This document shows positions 27,669 through 41,700 of a DNA stretch of 64,000 bases, one piece after another (position 1 is the stretch's first letter; every line of letters begins with the position of its first letter). Below the pieces are notes generated by a model, which saw only the letters and a program-made list of their open reading frames with translations, made no database searches and was not told the origin of the DNA. This stretch comes from Macrostomum lignano (taxonomy: Eukaryota): NCBI GenBank assembly GCA_002269645.1, contig NIVC01002720.1, positions 1 through 64,000 on the forward strand, read 5' to 3'. The position numbers were made by a program, and so were the translations under genes.

Positions 27669-28691
27669 TCAAACGAAAAATATCCTACCTAGAGCATCAT
27701 CGTGCACAGGAAACTTCTTGTTGCACACTCCGCACACGCGAATGTTTACGTTGTGCTTCGAGCGCAAATGTACCTGCATATTGCGCAGATAGCCAACGCA
27801 AGTGCCGCAGTGGGCGCATTCGAATACGCCTGGCGTGTGTCTCGCTTGATGCAGCCGAAGCCTGTAGGCTGTGCTAAATCTTATTGAGCACACTGAACAT
27901 GTGTGGAGCTCTGCCTCGGTGGAGCCCGATAAACAGGAGGCGGATAATGAAGCGGCAGCTCCATTGGATTCATTCGTGGCGCCAATTACTTTGTTATTCG
28001 CGCCATTTACTTCATTAGTCGCGCTATTTAGTTCATTCGTGGCGCCAATTACATCACTATTGGCGCCATTTAATTTATTAGTCGCGCCATTTGACTTATT
28101 AGTGGCGCTATCTGCTTCATTAGTGGCGCCAATTACTTCGCTAGTCGTGCCATTTACTTCATTAGTCGCGCTATTTAGTTCATTAGTGACGCCATTTAAT
28201 TCACTTGTCGAGCCATTCGATTTATTAGTGGCGCTATCTGCTTCATTTGATTCATTAGTGGCGCCAATAGCTTCATTAGTGGCGCCATTTGATTCATTAG
28301 TGGCGCCATTTACTTTAGTACTGGCGCCATTTGCTTCATTAGTGGCACCAGTAGACTGAGTAGTGGCGCAAATAGATTCAGTTTTGGTGGCAGTTAATAA
28401 GGCAGAATTCGAGGGTAACCTAGTGAATTCAGAATTTTTGTTGGCTAGCATCTTAAATAAATTGTTGCAGTGCCTACTCTGCTTGTTGATGCCCAGGTGC
28501 TGCTGGTCGGGATTTTTCTGCCCAATATCAGACTCAGAAGTATCGATTTTCTTCTCAAGCCAAGTCGAAATGGCTTCCATATTCTCTGAAGACTCAACGT
28601 CCACTGATTCCTCATTGGCTGAGGCAGTTTGACAAGTGTCAGTACGCTGCGACATTAAGAAGCTTGTGGCCTTGGAGCGATGCCTTGTCAT
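27669..28691 (-). CDS. C2H2 zinc-finger protein with a 7-aa Asn/Gly/Ala/Thr repeat; likely donor at 27688
   Basis: CSVCSIRFSTAYRLRLHQARH and CAHCGTCVGYLRNMQVHLRSKH are complete fingers; a third, CGVCNKKF, is interrupted at CTAG|GTAGGA. Confidence 0.8.
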   Translation of the reverse strand: MTRHRSKATSFLMSQRTDTCQTASANEESVDVESSENMEAISTWLEKKIDTSESDIGQKNPDQQHLGINKQSRHCNNLFKMLANKNSEFTRLPSNSALLTATKTESICATTQSTGATNEANGASTKVNGATNESNGATNEAIGATNESNEADSATNKSNGSTSELNGVTNELNSATNEVNGTTSEVIGATNEADSATNKSNGATNKLNGANSDVIGATNELNSATNEVNGANNKVIGATNESNGAAASLSASCLSGSTEAELHTCSVCSIRFSTAYRLRLHQARHTPGVFECAHCGTCVGYLRNMQVHLRSKHNVNIRVCGVCNKKFPVHDDALGRIFFV

Positions 28692-28885
28692 AGCAATCCT
28701 TGTTGCGAGCTATACTACTGATGCACAAGTAGCTGCAATTTTGGCAATCAATTAAATAAAATAAGAAAAGTGAAGTTTGAACTACTCTTTGACCCTTTAC
28801 AGCTTCTTAAATAATTTCAATAATATTTCCTCATAAAACTGTTCCCACTATGCTATTTAAATTATATCATAAATACTTTGTCTAA

Positions 28886-30560
<1,675 letters not shown>

Positions 30561-30599
30561 GTGACCGCCTACTTTTCCAGCAATGTACCACCCCAGCTG

Positions 30600-31350
30600 A
30601 TCTACTCGGATAGGATAAACTTATTGCTCTCTGTATCAATCAATGCTTAAATTATCCAATGAAATAATTAAGTGGTGGAATTATTAATGGATTAGATACT
30701 AGATAGATGAACCAACATGTACTGCTCTCTGCACTGATCAATGCTTAAATTATCCAAAGGAATAATTATAATTAAGTGGTAGAATTACTGACAGGATAAA
30801 CCTTTTGCTCTTTGCATTGATTAATTCTTAAATTATCTGACAGAATAAGTTGTAAGTGACTGCAGTGAATAAGTAATTCCCTTTGCTCTCTGCAGTAATC
30901 CATGCTTAATTATATAATATAATAGTGTAATCAGAAAATCTGAGAAAATTTCTTGGAAATTAAGATTCTTTAAAAAAATAGCATTTTGTAACTTATATAT
31001 AACTTACACATTTTATTTCCTTAGTAATTCTATTAGTAATTGTCACATGCTTATTCTGTCGGATAATTGTTCTGTTGTACAAATTGATCAGTGCAAAGAG
31101 CAGTACATGTATATTTTTATTCAATCAATAATTCATCACTTATTTAGATAATTTGTACAAATTTATCAGTGCAAAAAGCAATACATATATATTTTTATTC
31201 TATCAGTAATTCTGTCAGTAATTCTACCACTTATTCTGTTGGATAATTTGTTCAAATTGATTAATGCAGACAGCAATACATATAGGTTCATTTTACTAGT
31301 AATCTATCAATATAATCCTATCAGTAATTCTGCCACTTATTCCATTGGAT
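30600..31350. mobile_element. AT-rich imperfect foldback (MITE-like) element
   Basis: ACATGTACTGCTCTCTGCACTGATCAAT (~30715) is the near reverse complement of ATTGATCAGTGCAAAGAGCAGTACATGT (~31083); internal sub-repeats are mirrored. Confidence 0.6.
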
Positions 31351-31526
31351 AATATTTTTATATATCTCAGAAAGTCTTATAGATTGATGCACATTATTCG
31401 ACATAATATCCAAGGGAATTATGCAGCAAAATATTGGATAGAAAAAGTCACACATCTAAAAAGGTCTTTTTGTTGCAATGCCCCTATTTGCGACCCCCCT
31501 CTTAGTCTATTGGCGCATACTTGGGA

Positions 31527-32209
31527 GGGTTGCTTTCACAAATGCAAAATTTCACAACCACTAAATCATTTACTTTCACAACTATGAAACTTCATAACCG
31601 CGAAACTTCACAACCGCTAATTTTTTTGCAGTCACTTTCATAAACACGAAACTTCACAAATGCGAAACTTCACAACCGCTAAATCACCCACTTTCATAAG
31701 CACGAAACTTCACAAATGCGAAACTTCACAACCGCTAAATGTCATCTACTTTCACAACCGCGAAACTTCATAACCGCAAAACTTCACAACCGCTAAAAAG
31801 ACTGCAGTATATGAAAGTATGTGCAAAATTTTTAATAGTTATGAAGTTTTGTGGTTGTGAAAGTAGATGACATTTAGCGGTTGTGAAGTTTTGCGTTTGT
31901 GAAGTTTCACGGTTGTGAAGTTTCGCGTTTGTGAAAGTGACAGCAAAAAATTTAGTGGTTGTGAAGTTTCGCATTTGTGAAAGTGACAGCAAAAAAATTA
32001 GTGGTTGTGAAGTTTTGCATTTATGAAATTTAGCGCTTATGAAAGTAGGTGATTTAGTGGTTGTGAAATTTTGCGGTTGTGAAGTTTTGCGTTTATGAAA
32101 GTGACTGCAAAAAAGTTAGCGGTTGTAAAGTTTTGAGTTTGTAAAGTTTCGCGTTTATGAAAGCAAGTGCTTTTAGCGGTTATGAAATTTCGCGTTTATG
32201 AAACCCACC
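31527..32209. mobile_element. Foldback/Mutator-type non-autonomous element, 683 bp, with 9-bp TSD
   Basis: TACTTGGGA at 31518-31526 and 32210-32218; arms of AAACTTCACAACCGC versus GCGGTTGTGAAGTTT sub-repeats; GG..CC termini. Confidence 0.85.
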
Positions 32210-33527
32210 TACTTGGGATAGATCTAACCCTTCCCTATGTAGTGTATAAAGCAACAAAAATTATTGTATGCATAGTGCATACTTGGAACTTTATTATGGT
32301 AAAAGACTTAGTATGCCAGTTTCTAAAAGAATATTAGAAGGAAGTTCTTATAGGCCAAATTATATTAGAAAGCAACAAAAGGGTATCATTATGCAGAATG
32401 AACACATTTAATTAAAGAAATAAAAGGCGTCTAGTACTGCTTACAAGGTCATTGCCTAGTTGGCAAAAATATGACACTGAAGTTTAATAAAGAAAGTTAA
32501 TCAATCTAGAAATTAGAATAAGCTATAAAGGGCCTAACCTTTTTGATAGCTTGCTAGTGTAATAAGCCTATGGCTATAGAAACATAGTTTTAAATGAGAC
32601 AAATGCAACAAGGACAATGTAAATTAGGTCTAGCCTAGACTGTTTGCAATTGCAATTGCCCTAAAAAGTAAAAACATTGCAATATATATAGTGTACAAGG
32701 TACAAGGTAGGCCTATTGCCAGTATTGGTAAATGTATAATTTTTTGTTAACTATGAAGGCAAGGATATCACTAACAACAGACCCAGGAATCCAGGATCTG
32801 GATAGACCAAATCAATAGCCTAGTGACTAGTAGTAGTAGGCCCAGTCTGATATATGAAGATAATGTAGATTATTATTACATTAGGCCTAGGCTAGGCGGT
32901 TACGAAAACTATTATAAAAAATTACGAATAGGCCTATTCTGGTTTATTTTTCCTTCTGTTAGTGATGTCAATGATAAACTACCTCTTTGGTCGTACTTTT
33001 AAGCGGTTCCCAGCTCGGCACTGCAAACTTCTTTGGATTAAAAAATTCCAGGTCTAGATGTTTTTTTTAAATCCAAATTTTAAAGTAAGAAACTTAACCA
33101 GTTTTAAGAGCAGCCTATTAAGTTAAGATAAAGACACAGCTTATGGAGAGTTGATTTTTTTTCTTTTAAACACTTTTTCTCTTAGATATTTTCCTTTTTG
33201 TTATTTTTGGCAACATCTTTTAAATTGTAGTTTTTCCTAGACACTCGCATTAAATCGCATTTTAGAAGAATCGTTTTGCGTCAAATCAAGGTCATACGGT
33301 ATCTGTTTTTTTTATTATTCCCTACTTAAAATCTTGTCGTTCTGTTGTTCATCGTTAGTCGTTCGAAAAAACCGTTACAATTCCAGACGCTCTTTCAAAT
33401 ACCTTACTTATACAAATATCGTAAATCGTATTCATCGATTATGTATAAAAAAATAATAAACTTTTTGAACAAATATTAAATACATCGAATCATATTGGCA
33501 AAACAGGCTCTTTGCCTGAGCCAAACT

Positions 33528-33538
33528 TACTACTACTG

Positions 33539-33570
<32 letters not shown>
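33528..33570. repeat. (TAC)n microsatellite
   Basis: Direct reading. Confidence 0.9.
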
Positions 33571-33571
<1 letters not shown>

Positions 33572-33604
33572 TCGAACCATAAAGCTCTTAGCTCTTAAAA
33601 CACG

Positions 33605-33745
33605 GGTGCTGGTCATTTCGTCAACTGCTAGTTCGTCAACTGGGTTGACGAATTGACTAACATTTTAAGGTGGTCTCACTTGCAGTTGACGAAATGACCA
33701 AGGTTTTAGATTGTTTCATTAGTCAGTTGACGAAATGACCTGAGA
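33605..33745. mobile_element. Small inverted-repeat element (GGTCATTTCGTCAACTG..CAGTTGACGAAATGACC), MITE remnant
   Basis: 17-bp perfect inverted repeat with internal sub-repeats. Confidence 0.55.
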
Positions 33746-34899
33746 ATGTTAGTTACTTCGTCTACAGTTTGCAAATGTCATAACATGTACATCAACTAAC
33801 GCATTACTAACCGTAATGAGCACCTAAAATAAAATTTGCGACACTCATAAATCGTATAAAATCACTGGAAGCCGGTTTTTGCTGCAAAATTCATTAGCGA
33901 CAGAGGTAGTTTTTGTTTTTCAGCTAGAAACTCAAAAGTCTCACCTTACATTTCTTTTGAAATCTGGGCTTTTGAAGTGAAAATCTGGGCAATCACAAGT
34001 TTACTGGAGACTGGAAAGCTAGCTAAGTTAGGGAACAGGACAAATTTTTTAATGTATTTTTGGACATTATGCAAAAATCTAAGGCAAATTAAGCAAGCAA
34101 TAGTACTTTTAAGACCTCTCAGTCTCACCCCACCCCATAACATCCACTTTGGTTATAATTTGATGTGGTGCAAAAACAAAAGAACTGTTGAGCAAAAAAT
34201 ACAAAAAGAAATGATTTAAAATATGTACGAGTTCACACACTTAGCAAGGTTCAAGTGTATCTATCTATCATGATATAGAAAATAGTTTGTATAATGATTA
34301 TACATATATTTTAATTATTTATTTCATTGCTGGGTTTGTTAGGGTATCTTGTCAATCTGGCAATAGGATGCTCTAGCAACAAACAATCCGGCAATAGGCC
34401 TAGTAAAAACAGTGATAGTCAATCTAGTAACAACTTTTAATTGTAATAAAAAGCTATTAAATCAGCTATTTGCTTTTCTTGGCATTTAAACAGATTAGAG
34501 AGCTTGTAGTATTATATCCCATTTTTAGTATATGGATTTATTACTATATTTATTACTGTTATTAATATATTAATATTATTAAGAATATTTATTTATTTAT
34601 TTAAAACAATATAGATAGAAATAGTTTTGAGGATTAGAAGTTAGTGGGTTCAAAATCAATAGGTTTCAATGTTTTTTTATAATGATGATATTGCTTTGAA
34701 AAATGGGAAACTGCATTAGATTGATGCATTCTCTAATTTCACTGAGGGCTGCGTACTAGTTTTATAATCAAATGACTTGTAAATATTGTAGGAGTTCACT
34801 TGTAACACATACAGATAAACATTGCATCAATTGTAGTATTTACAACAACAAAATATGCAACACCGCATGCACAGTCACAGTTAGAGCAAGGCATGTTAG

Positions 34900-35445
34900 A
34901 TGGCGCGCTGCAGAGCCTGGGAGCAAAGTCAGCTCCATTGGCAGTGTCGGGCACCCCAGCGTCGCACAGTAGGCAGTCCACATATTGATGGGTTTGGGCC
35001 TGACCCCGCCTGAACGGACCTCGGAAGGTGAGCAGCAGGACATCTTAAATAGGTTGGGGGCAGTAGCCCTCAGCCTCAATCATGTGGCCCACCAGTTGAA
35101 GTTGCCACTGGCGCAGGATGGTGGACAGGCATTGTAGCTTGGCCTGATCATATAGGGCCTTGGTCCCGATGCTCTCGTCAACTTGAAAGGCTGCACAGAG
35201 CAGCCCTGAGTGCACCAAGTCCAGCTGCCACTCTAGCAGGACGGTTTCGACCACTGCCTGCCACAGCCAAACCCTTTGGCAGTTGGGCAGCACTTCAGAC
35301 TAGAGGACGGCTTGGATTGAACGAAAGGCTACCCAGGCAAGTCCTCTGCACCATTGGAGGTCCTCTTCCACATGGGGCACCAGACCGCCAAGGTAGGTGA
35401 ACCGCTGGCAGTGTGCGAGCCTGGTCGTCTGCCCATCTGCACCGT
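34900..35445 (-). mobile_element. 5'-truncated RTE-like LINE fragment (RT C-terminal region), degenerate
   Basis: FTYLGGLV..EEDL..RGLAWVAF..*..QAVVETVLL..LDLVHSGLL; in-frame stop. Confidence 0.7.
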
Positions 35446-35930
35446 GTATTTAGATATATTATTATATTTAATTGCTTGAGGTAACACTATAAATTATATA
35501 AGAAGTATAGCCATTATGTATATTTTTTATTAGAAAAGATATACTCTCCTAAAGTTAATTCTTTATATATATAAGTAAAATTAAAAACTACATATAAAGT
35601 TGTATTTTGTATCTAAAATCCATAAAATCTATAATACAAAATCTGTTGCCAGATTGTCTGTTACCATTTTGATTGTTGCCAGATTGTATGTTGCTAGAGT
35701 ATCTTGTTGCCAGATTGACTAAATACTATGTATTTTGGAATCTTCTTGGCTTGAGTTAATCACTTAAAATTATAGCATTTTTAACTTCTATTATTCTATT
35801 TGGCTTTACTATACTGTACTGTGCCTTATTCAAAGTATGAAAATGAGCTACTAGCTTCAAGCACTATAGGTTTTTTGTTTTAGCTCATTAATTATCTAAG
35901 TTTTTTAATTCATTATTACCAATATAACTA

Positions 35931-37657
35931 CTTGAGGGGTGTCCAAAAAGTAGTGATACTTTTGCTCGTATAGCTTTACTGTATGCTTGAAAATCAGCAA
36001 GTTTGGTGTTGTTGGAAAGCGGAACATATCAGCTTTAATTTGACTACAAACATTTAACAAAAACATAACCTATAACAAAGTTATGGATAGAAACACACAA
36101 CAAGGTCGACCATAGAGTTACAATGAATTTGTGCATGGTGCAACAGGTCAAGAAGTTGCAACAGTTAATATGCCTCATCATCATCAGGGAGGGAAGCTTT
36201 CTCGACATAATTGCCCATCAATTGCACGCACTTCTCCCAGCGACGAAACAAGCAATCAATCACATCTGCGTAGATCTGTCGTGGAATCACATGCAGAAGT
36301 ACTCTGTGGACTTCCTGTTCGAGATGATCACGGTTGGCATGGACATGGCCCCTCAGGTGGCGCTTCAATTGAGGGAAAAGGGCAAAATCCGCAGGTGCCA
36401 GATCTGGCGAATATGGCGGATGAGGCAGAAGGTCAAACTTTAGCTTTTTGATGGCCTCCATTGTTTGGCGGGCAGTATGCGGCCGGGCATTGTCATGATG
36501 CAAGATGACTGGCTTGACTCCTGAGTGCCGCTTGTTTTGGATGTCTGCCTTCAGGCTTGCAAGGAGAGATGAATAACGGTCTGCGTTGATCGTCGTTGAA
36601 GTCAATGGTAATTGGGCCATTAAAGTCAAAGAAAACTGACAGCATGATTTTCTTACAGTGAGTTTCACGGCAAGCCTTGAGTGGTGGGTCGGAACCCTTG
36701 AGTGCCCACACTTTAGACTCTTGCTTTATTGACGGGTCAAAATGTCTCATTGCCAGTAACAATCAACTGGCGGAACTGATTCCAGCCACCGCGTTGACTC
36801 ACCAGATTCAGGTTGCTTTGGCATGTCTGCTGGCACTGCAGTCGCATATCAGCAGTGAGGAGCTTCGGGACCCAGCAGGCGCTCAGCTTAGCGAAGTTCA
36901 TGTTGGTCAGGCAGAGATGGACTGTTGATCGTGGGGTGTCGAGTCTGTCAGCAATCTCACGAATTGTCAATCTGCAGTCTTCTTCCAGAAGATCAAGAAT
37001 CCGGTCAGCCAAAGCCTTTGAGCTTGGTGCGGATGGCCTTCCTGACCTTGGCAAGTCAGCCAAATTTTTTCTTCCTGACTCAAATTGCTCGACCCATCGG
37101 TACACCATCATGCGACTTACTGCTTCGGCTCCATGAATGCTGCACAGATGATGGTAAATCTCCTGTCCACTTTTTCCGATACTCCATAGGGTGTGAATTG
37201 CATGTCGCTGTCCTTCCTTTGAGTGCATGTCCATAACTGTCGGCTGAACAAAATCTGGTCTTGAAAAAGCAACCGCTTGAGAAAGAAGAATGAAGCAAGC
37301 TGGCAGTGCAAAGAAGACTTAGCCATAATTTTACCACAGACAAAACAGCACCACTCGAATGCTTATAAAATGCTCGTAACAGAGAATATTGAGCACTCGA
37401 TATTCTCTGGCTGCTGGATATTCTCCGGCTCGTAAAAACTCAGCAAGATTTACCATACAGTTTTTTTTGTAAGTCTATGGGCCATCCTTGCTCAAATAGA
37501 CAGTGATAACTTTCTTTAAAAACAACATACGAGATTGATTTTTCAGTCAAATTAAAGCTGATATTTTCCGCTTTCCAACAACACAAAACTTGCTGATTTT
37601 CAAGCATGCAGTAAAGCTATACGAGCAAAAGTAACACTACTTTTTGGACACCCCTCG
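35931..37657 (-). mobile_element. Mariner (DD34D, irritans/Hsmar2-like termini) transposon, ~1.73 kb, TA TSD, inactive
   Basis: TIR (C)GAGGGGTGTCCAAAAAGTAG at both ends, matching over ~113 bp; flanking TA at 35929-35930 and 37658-37659. Confidence 0.95.
36165..37234 (-). pseudogene. Mariner transposase with two frameshifts and first catalytic Asp replaced by Asn
   Basis: HTH region, PRSGRP, WVPKLL, VTGNET (D>N), HHDNARPH..HPPYSPDLAPAD (34 residues between Asp); split over ORFs 36737-37234, 36493-36762 and 36165-36668. Confidence 0.93.
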
Positions 37658-38711
37658 TATTACTTGATTGAATTATATTCTAATATATTATTCACTAAGT
37701 CACTACAGGCTTTAGTCTACAACAAAATCTAGATACTAAGTATAAAAATCAAAAAATGCTATTTGGATACCAATTGATACTAATCTTTTCATTTGTAATG
37801 AACTTAAGTAAAGAACTTAAGAAATATTTTAATAGAGAGTAGTAAGACTATTTTAATGTCTTATATGATCTCTATTTTGATCACAAAATTAATATTGTGA
37901 TATCATTGTTTACCAAAGGCTATTCCTATTATCATTTATTTTCTATCTTATTGTTATTACTTTTTAATACAATTCATTTTTTTCAGAGTAAGAGTCAGTA
38001 ATAGAGGGTAATAAAATTAATTTATTATTTAGATTTCAATATATTATAAGCAGTAACCAGTATATAACTATATATAAGTATATAAGTAATAAAATTAATA
38101 TATAATGGGTAGTACAAACTGAAAAAATAAAAAGGCTTTAATTATAGGACAATGGACAAGTATGGTCTATGCTTTTGTTTTTTTTATCTTCTAACTATTA
38201 GGCCTACAAAATGATAAAAATATGCTTATACTTTGTAGATAGTGAATAGTTAAAGCTTTGATTTAGGGGAAAGACATTTTTCTTTATTGGAAATTAATTT
38301 GGCATCTATTCTATGGTATAAATAGAAACTTAGTAGGGATCCCAAGGGGAATGGATATTCAAACTCTAAATTGCACTAGTTATACAACTTAGTTTTGCAA
38401 CTTGGCCAAAAACAATATTAAAAATGTCATTTTTATCAGAACTTATCTAATTATGCTAATTTTACAACTAAAATTTGGTCTGCCACAAATTTTGCTAGCT
38501 AGGCCTATATTGGCTTGGTAAGCCAGCAGTTGCACATGTACACTTGTATGCTCAGGGGGATTAGCCTATATTTTGCCAAGTTTCTTAGTACTACATAGAT
38601 AGTGCAGTAGTGGTTATATCATGTAGATATCATTAAGTTATATTGAGCTACATTAAGTCATAAGAACAACAAAATGTACTGCCTTCATGTCAAGGAGACA
38701 AAACAGTCACA

Positions 38712-41700
38712 ATGGCTACATACCATGATGCCACCAATCTGATTGCACTTTTGCACTCTTCTGATATTCAAACTGTTCGGGAGACTGAATCTTTCTTGCG
38801 GGAGCATCTGCAGATTGGTAATTGTTCCTTTCAATTAACAAAATGCTTTAATTTTGTTTATGTGACCTGATTCTTAAGTCACTTACTTGCTAATTAAAAT
38901 TGAAGGCAAAGACAGCAGCGGCCTCGTGTGCGCTCTAGTTGACGACTACATTGTAGCTCAGGACGAGTGCACACTGTCCCTGCTAGGATTGGTCGAAGAT
39001 CCTCTGGATAAGGTTTGCTGATCTGACTGCTTTCTGTGTTATTTTCAGTATGCTAATGTATGGAAAAGTTATAATCAAAGTTCATAGCTTTGGGTTAATT
39101 ATAGTTTTACAGGAGATTGCTTACTGACGAGTAGAGGATTGATTGATTGTTAAGCAAATGTTTTGAAAATCTTGAGACCTTGATTAAGGCAGATGGAGGC
39201 TACTTGGCTTATTTAATTTAGCTGAAGCCTTCAACGTCTCCCAATCCCCGCTGAAGGGACCCAATCTCAAGGTGGCCCAAGCACTGACTCCTGGAGGACC
39301 CATGTCTGTTCCAGTGACATAATCTGACACCCCGTTTAACAGCAATTTCCATCAAGACCTGCTCCCTGTCTAACTACTAACATTTCCCTAGGGCTACTAG
39401 GGAAATCTACTATCTATATCCAGGACCTGCACCGGAGCGGTTACGAAAATTAGATTTCTCGGTAGTTGCACGTACTCTTTTGCACTACTTGAGTAGTCTG
39501 ATTTTCGTTCGGCATGGCTGGTTCCAGCAGGTAGTTCCTCTGGATAAAAGCGCTTACCGCGCCCATTGGCTTTCCAGCTGCCTTAATCGTTTCCGGTGAT
39601 CTTGTGTGCGTGCTTTCAGCTTGATTGGCTGCGGCATGATTGATTCGCTTGATTCGCTTCGCTCGCTCTTTCTCGCTATCTACTACTAACATTTCCCTAG
39701 GGCTACTACTACTACTAAACTACTAATAGTAGCGTAAAAGCAAAAAAACTGCTGTCATCACAATTTCTATAGTTTGCGATTACAATTGGGTTTGTGAGTC
39801 TGTAAGGTTCAAGACCAAATGAGAAAGATTAATAACTCAAAAGCCTTATGAGTAAGTTTAAAAATGAGGTCTTAAGGAATTGCTATTCCTGCTGGTAATT
39901 GTGCAGTTACTGTATTATCAAACACGCATGCCGAAACCTCTACAGGACTTGTCCGACCGCATAGCCGAACACCTGAGAGCGGACTCCTCTCGAGTGCACG
40001 CTATGAACCTCCTTGGCCGACTAGTTCAACGCCAGCCTCTCTGGCTGTCCTCGATCTTCTCTAACGGACTGTTCCAGACTCTGCTTCGATTGCTATTAAA
40101 ATGCGATCCGCCAGCCGATCTGCCGTTTGCTATCAGCGGCGGCCTCCTGCTGTGCACCTTGGTGCCTCTGTCGGCCGGCTGCCTCACGCCGCACCTGTCC
40201 GACATCTGCAGCCTGCTGGTCCGCATGGCGGCCGCCGCTAGCAGGCGCTCCGTTGATCCGCCACCATCGCCGTCGACTGCAGCGCCGCCAACGTCAGTCG
40301 CAGTTACCGCGGCTTCAACTGATGATTTGCCGCTGCTGCACCTGCACGCAACCGTGTACGCCCTGTTCAACCGGCTGTACGCCATCTTCCCCAACTACCT
40401 GTTGGATTACCTGCGCTCCCAGTTGAAACGAAATAGTCGCGAATTCGCTCCGCTATTTAATTCGATATTCCGCGATTTACTGAGCCGAGTCAGAGCTCAC
40501 CCGCTGCTGGTGGCCGGTACTAAAGACGCCGAACTGCAGGCGCAGCGCTGGCGTCGGGTGACCTCGGCTGACCTCATGCTGGAGTGCGGCCGCTACTGCC
40601 TGGACCTGGTCGAGACCACAGCTGGCGAGGCCGGCATTCAACTGGCGGCTACGTGCAGGCAGTTGGAGCAGCAACAGCAGCAGGCGGTTAGCGAGGAGGC
40701 TCGCGACCTGCTGGCCTCATCTCAGTTGGGGCAAAGCCAGTCGCATCAGCTGCAGACTTCCGGTGCCGATGCCGGAGTGGATTCCAATGCCGCTGCCGCT
40801 CCGGCAACTGCTGCGGCTGATGCTGACGCTCAGGATGAGCTGATGCTGCAACAGGTGAGTGCAATTTTGTAGTTCTCCCACTGGACCCAAGTTTTCCCAC
40901 TGAGATTCTCTTGCCGAGAATTCAGTGCCAGGATTTGGCGATTCGCACAGCGAGGGCTCGGAAATCCAGGTCATACGAGTGTTAGGACGGATGCCCTGAA
41001 ATCTATTTAAAAATTTGTAGCCACTGCACTGCTACACACTTTAGGCATGTGCATGTACATCACATTGTGTCGCCTCAGAAGCGCCTGGGAGTGGTTTCAG
41101 AGTCGTAGGCAATAAAACACCTCAAATTGACTCTTAGGCGACTCTTCGACGACTTTTTGGCGACTCGTACCGTGACATCTCGTCATTTTAGAGTCGTGTA
41201 GAGTTGCTTCGGTCCTATTTTACCTGTGTTACCTTCAACGACTCTGAAACCACTTTGGGGCGACGCAAGTGACTTCGGGACGCTTCTTACCTTTTTATCA
41301 TATCGGGAAAAATAGAAAGGCGCAGTGAATTTAGGGGCGCTAAAAAATCCCCATAAATCGTAGCAACAAGTATTGTTACGGAAATCAAGGAAATCCCCAA
41401 AATCCCGCCTATAAATCAGGGAAATCCCAAATATCCCGCCTATAAATCAGGGAAATCCAAAATATACCGCCTATAAATCAGGGAAATCCCCAATATACCG
41501 CCTTTAAATCAGGGAAATCCCAAAAATCCCGCCTATAAATCAGGGAAATCCCAAATATCCCGCCTATAAATCAGGGAAATCCCAAATAAACCGCCTATAA
41601 ATCAGGGAAATCCCAAATATACCGCCTATAAATCAGGGAAATCCCAAATATCCCGCCTATAAATCAGGGAAATCCCAAATATCCCGCCTAAAAATCAGGG

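Noticed and set aside
36123-37343. Plus-strand ORFs within the mariner
   Set aside because: Antisense shadows of the transposase
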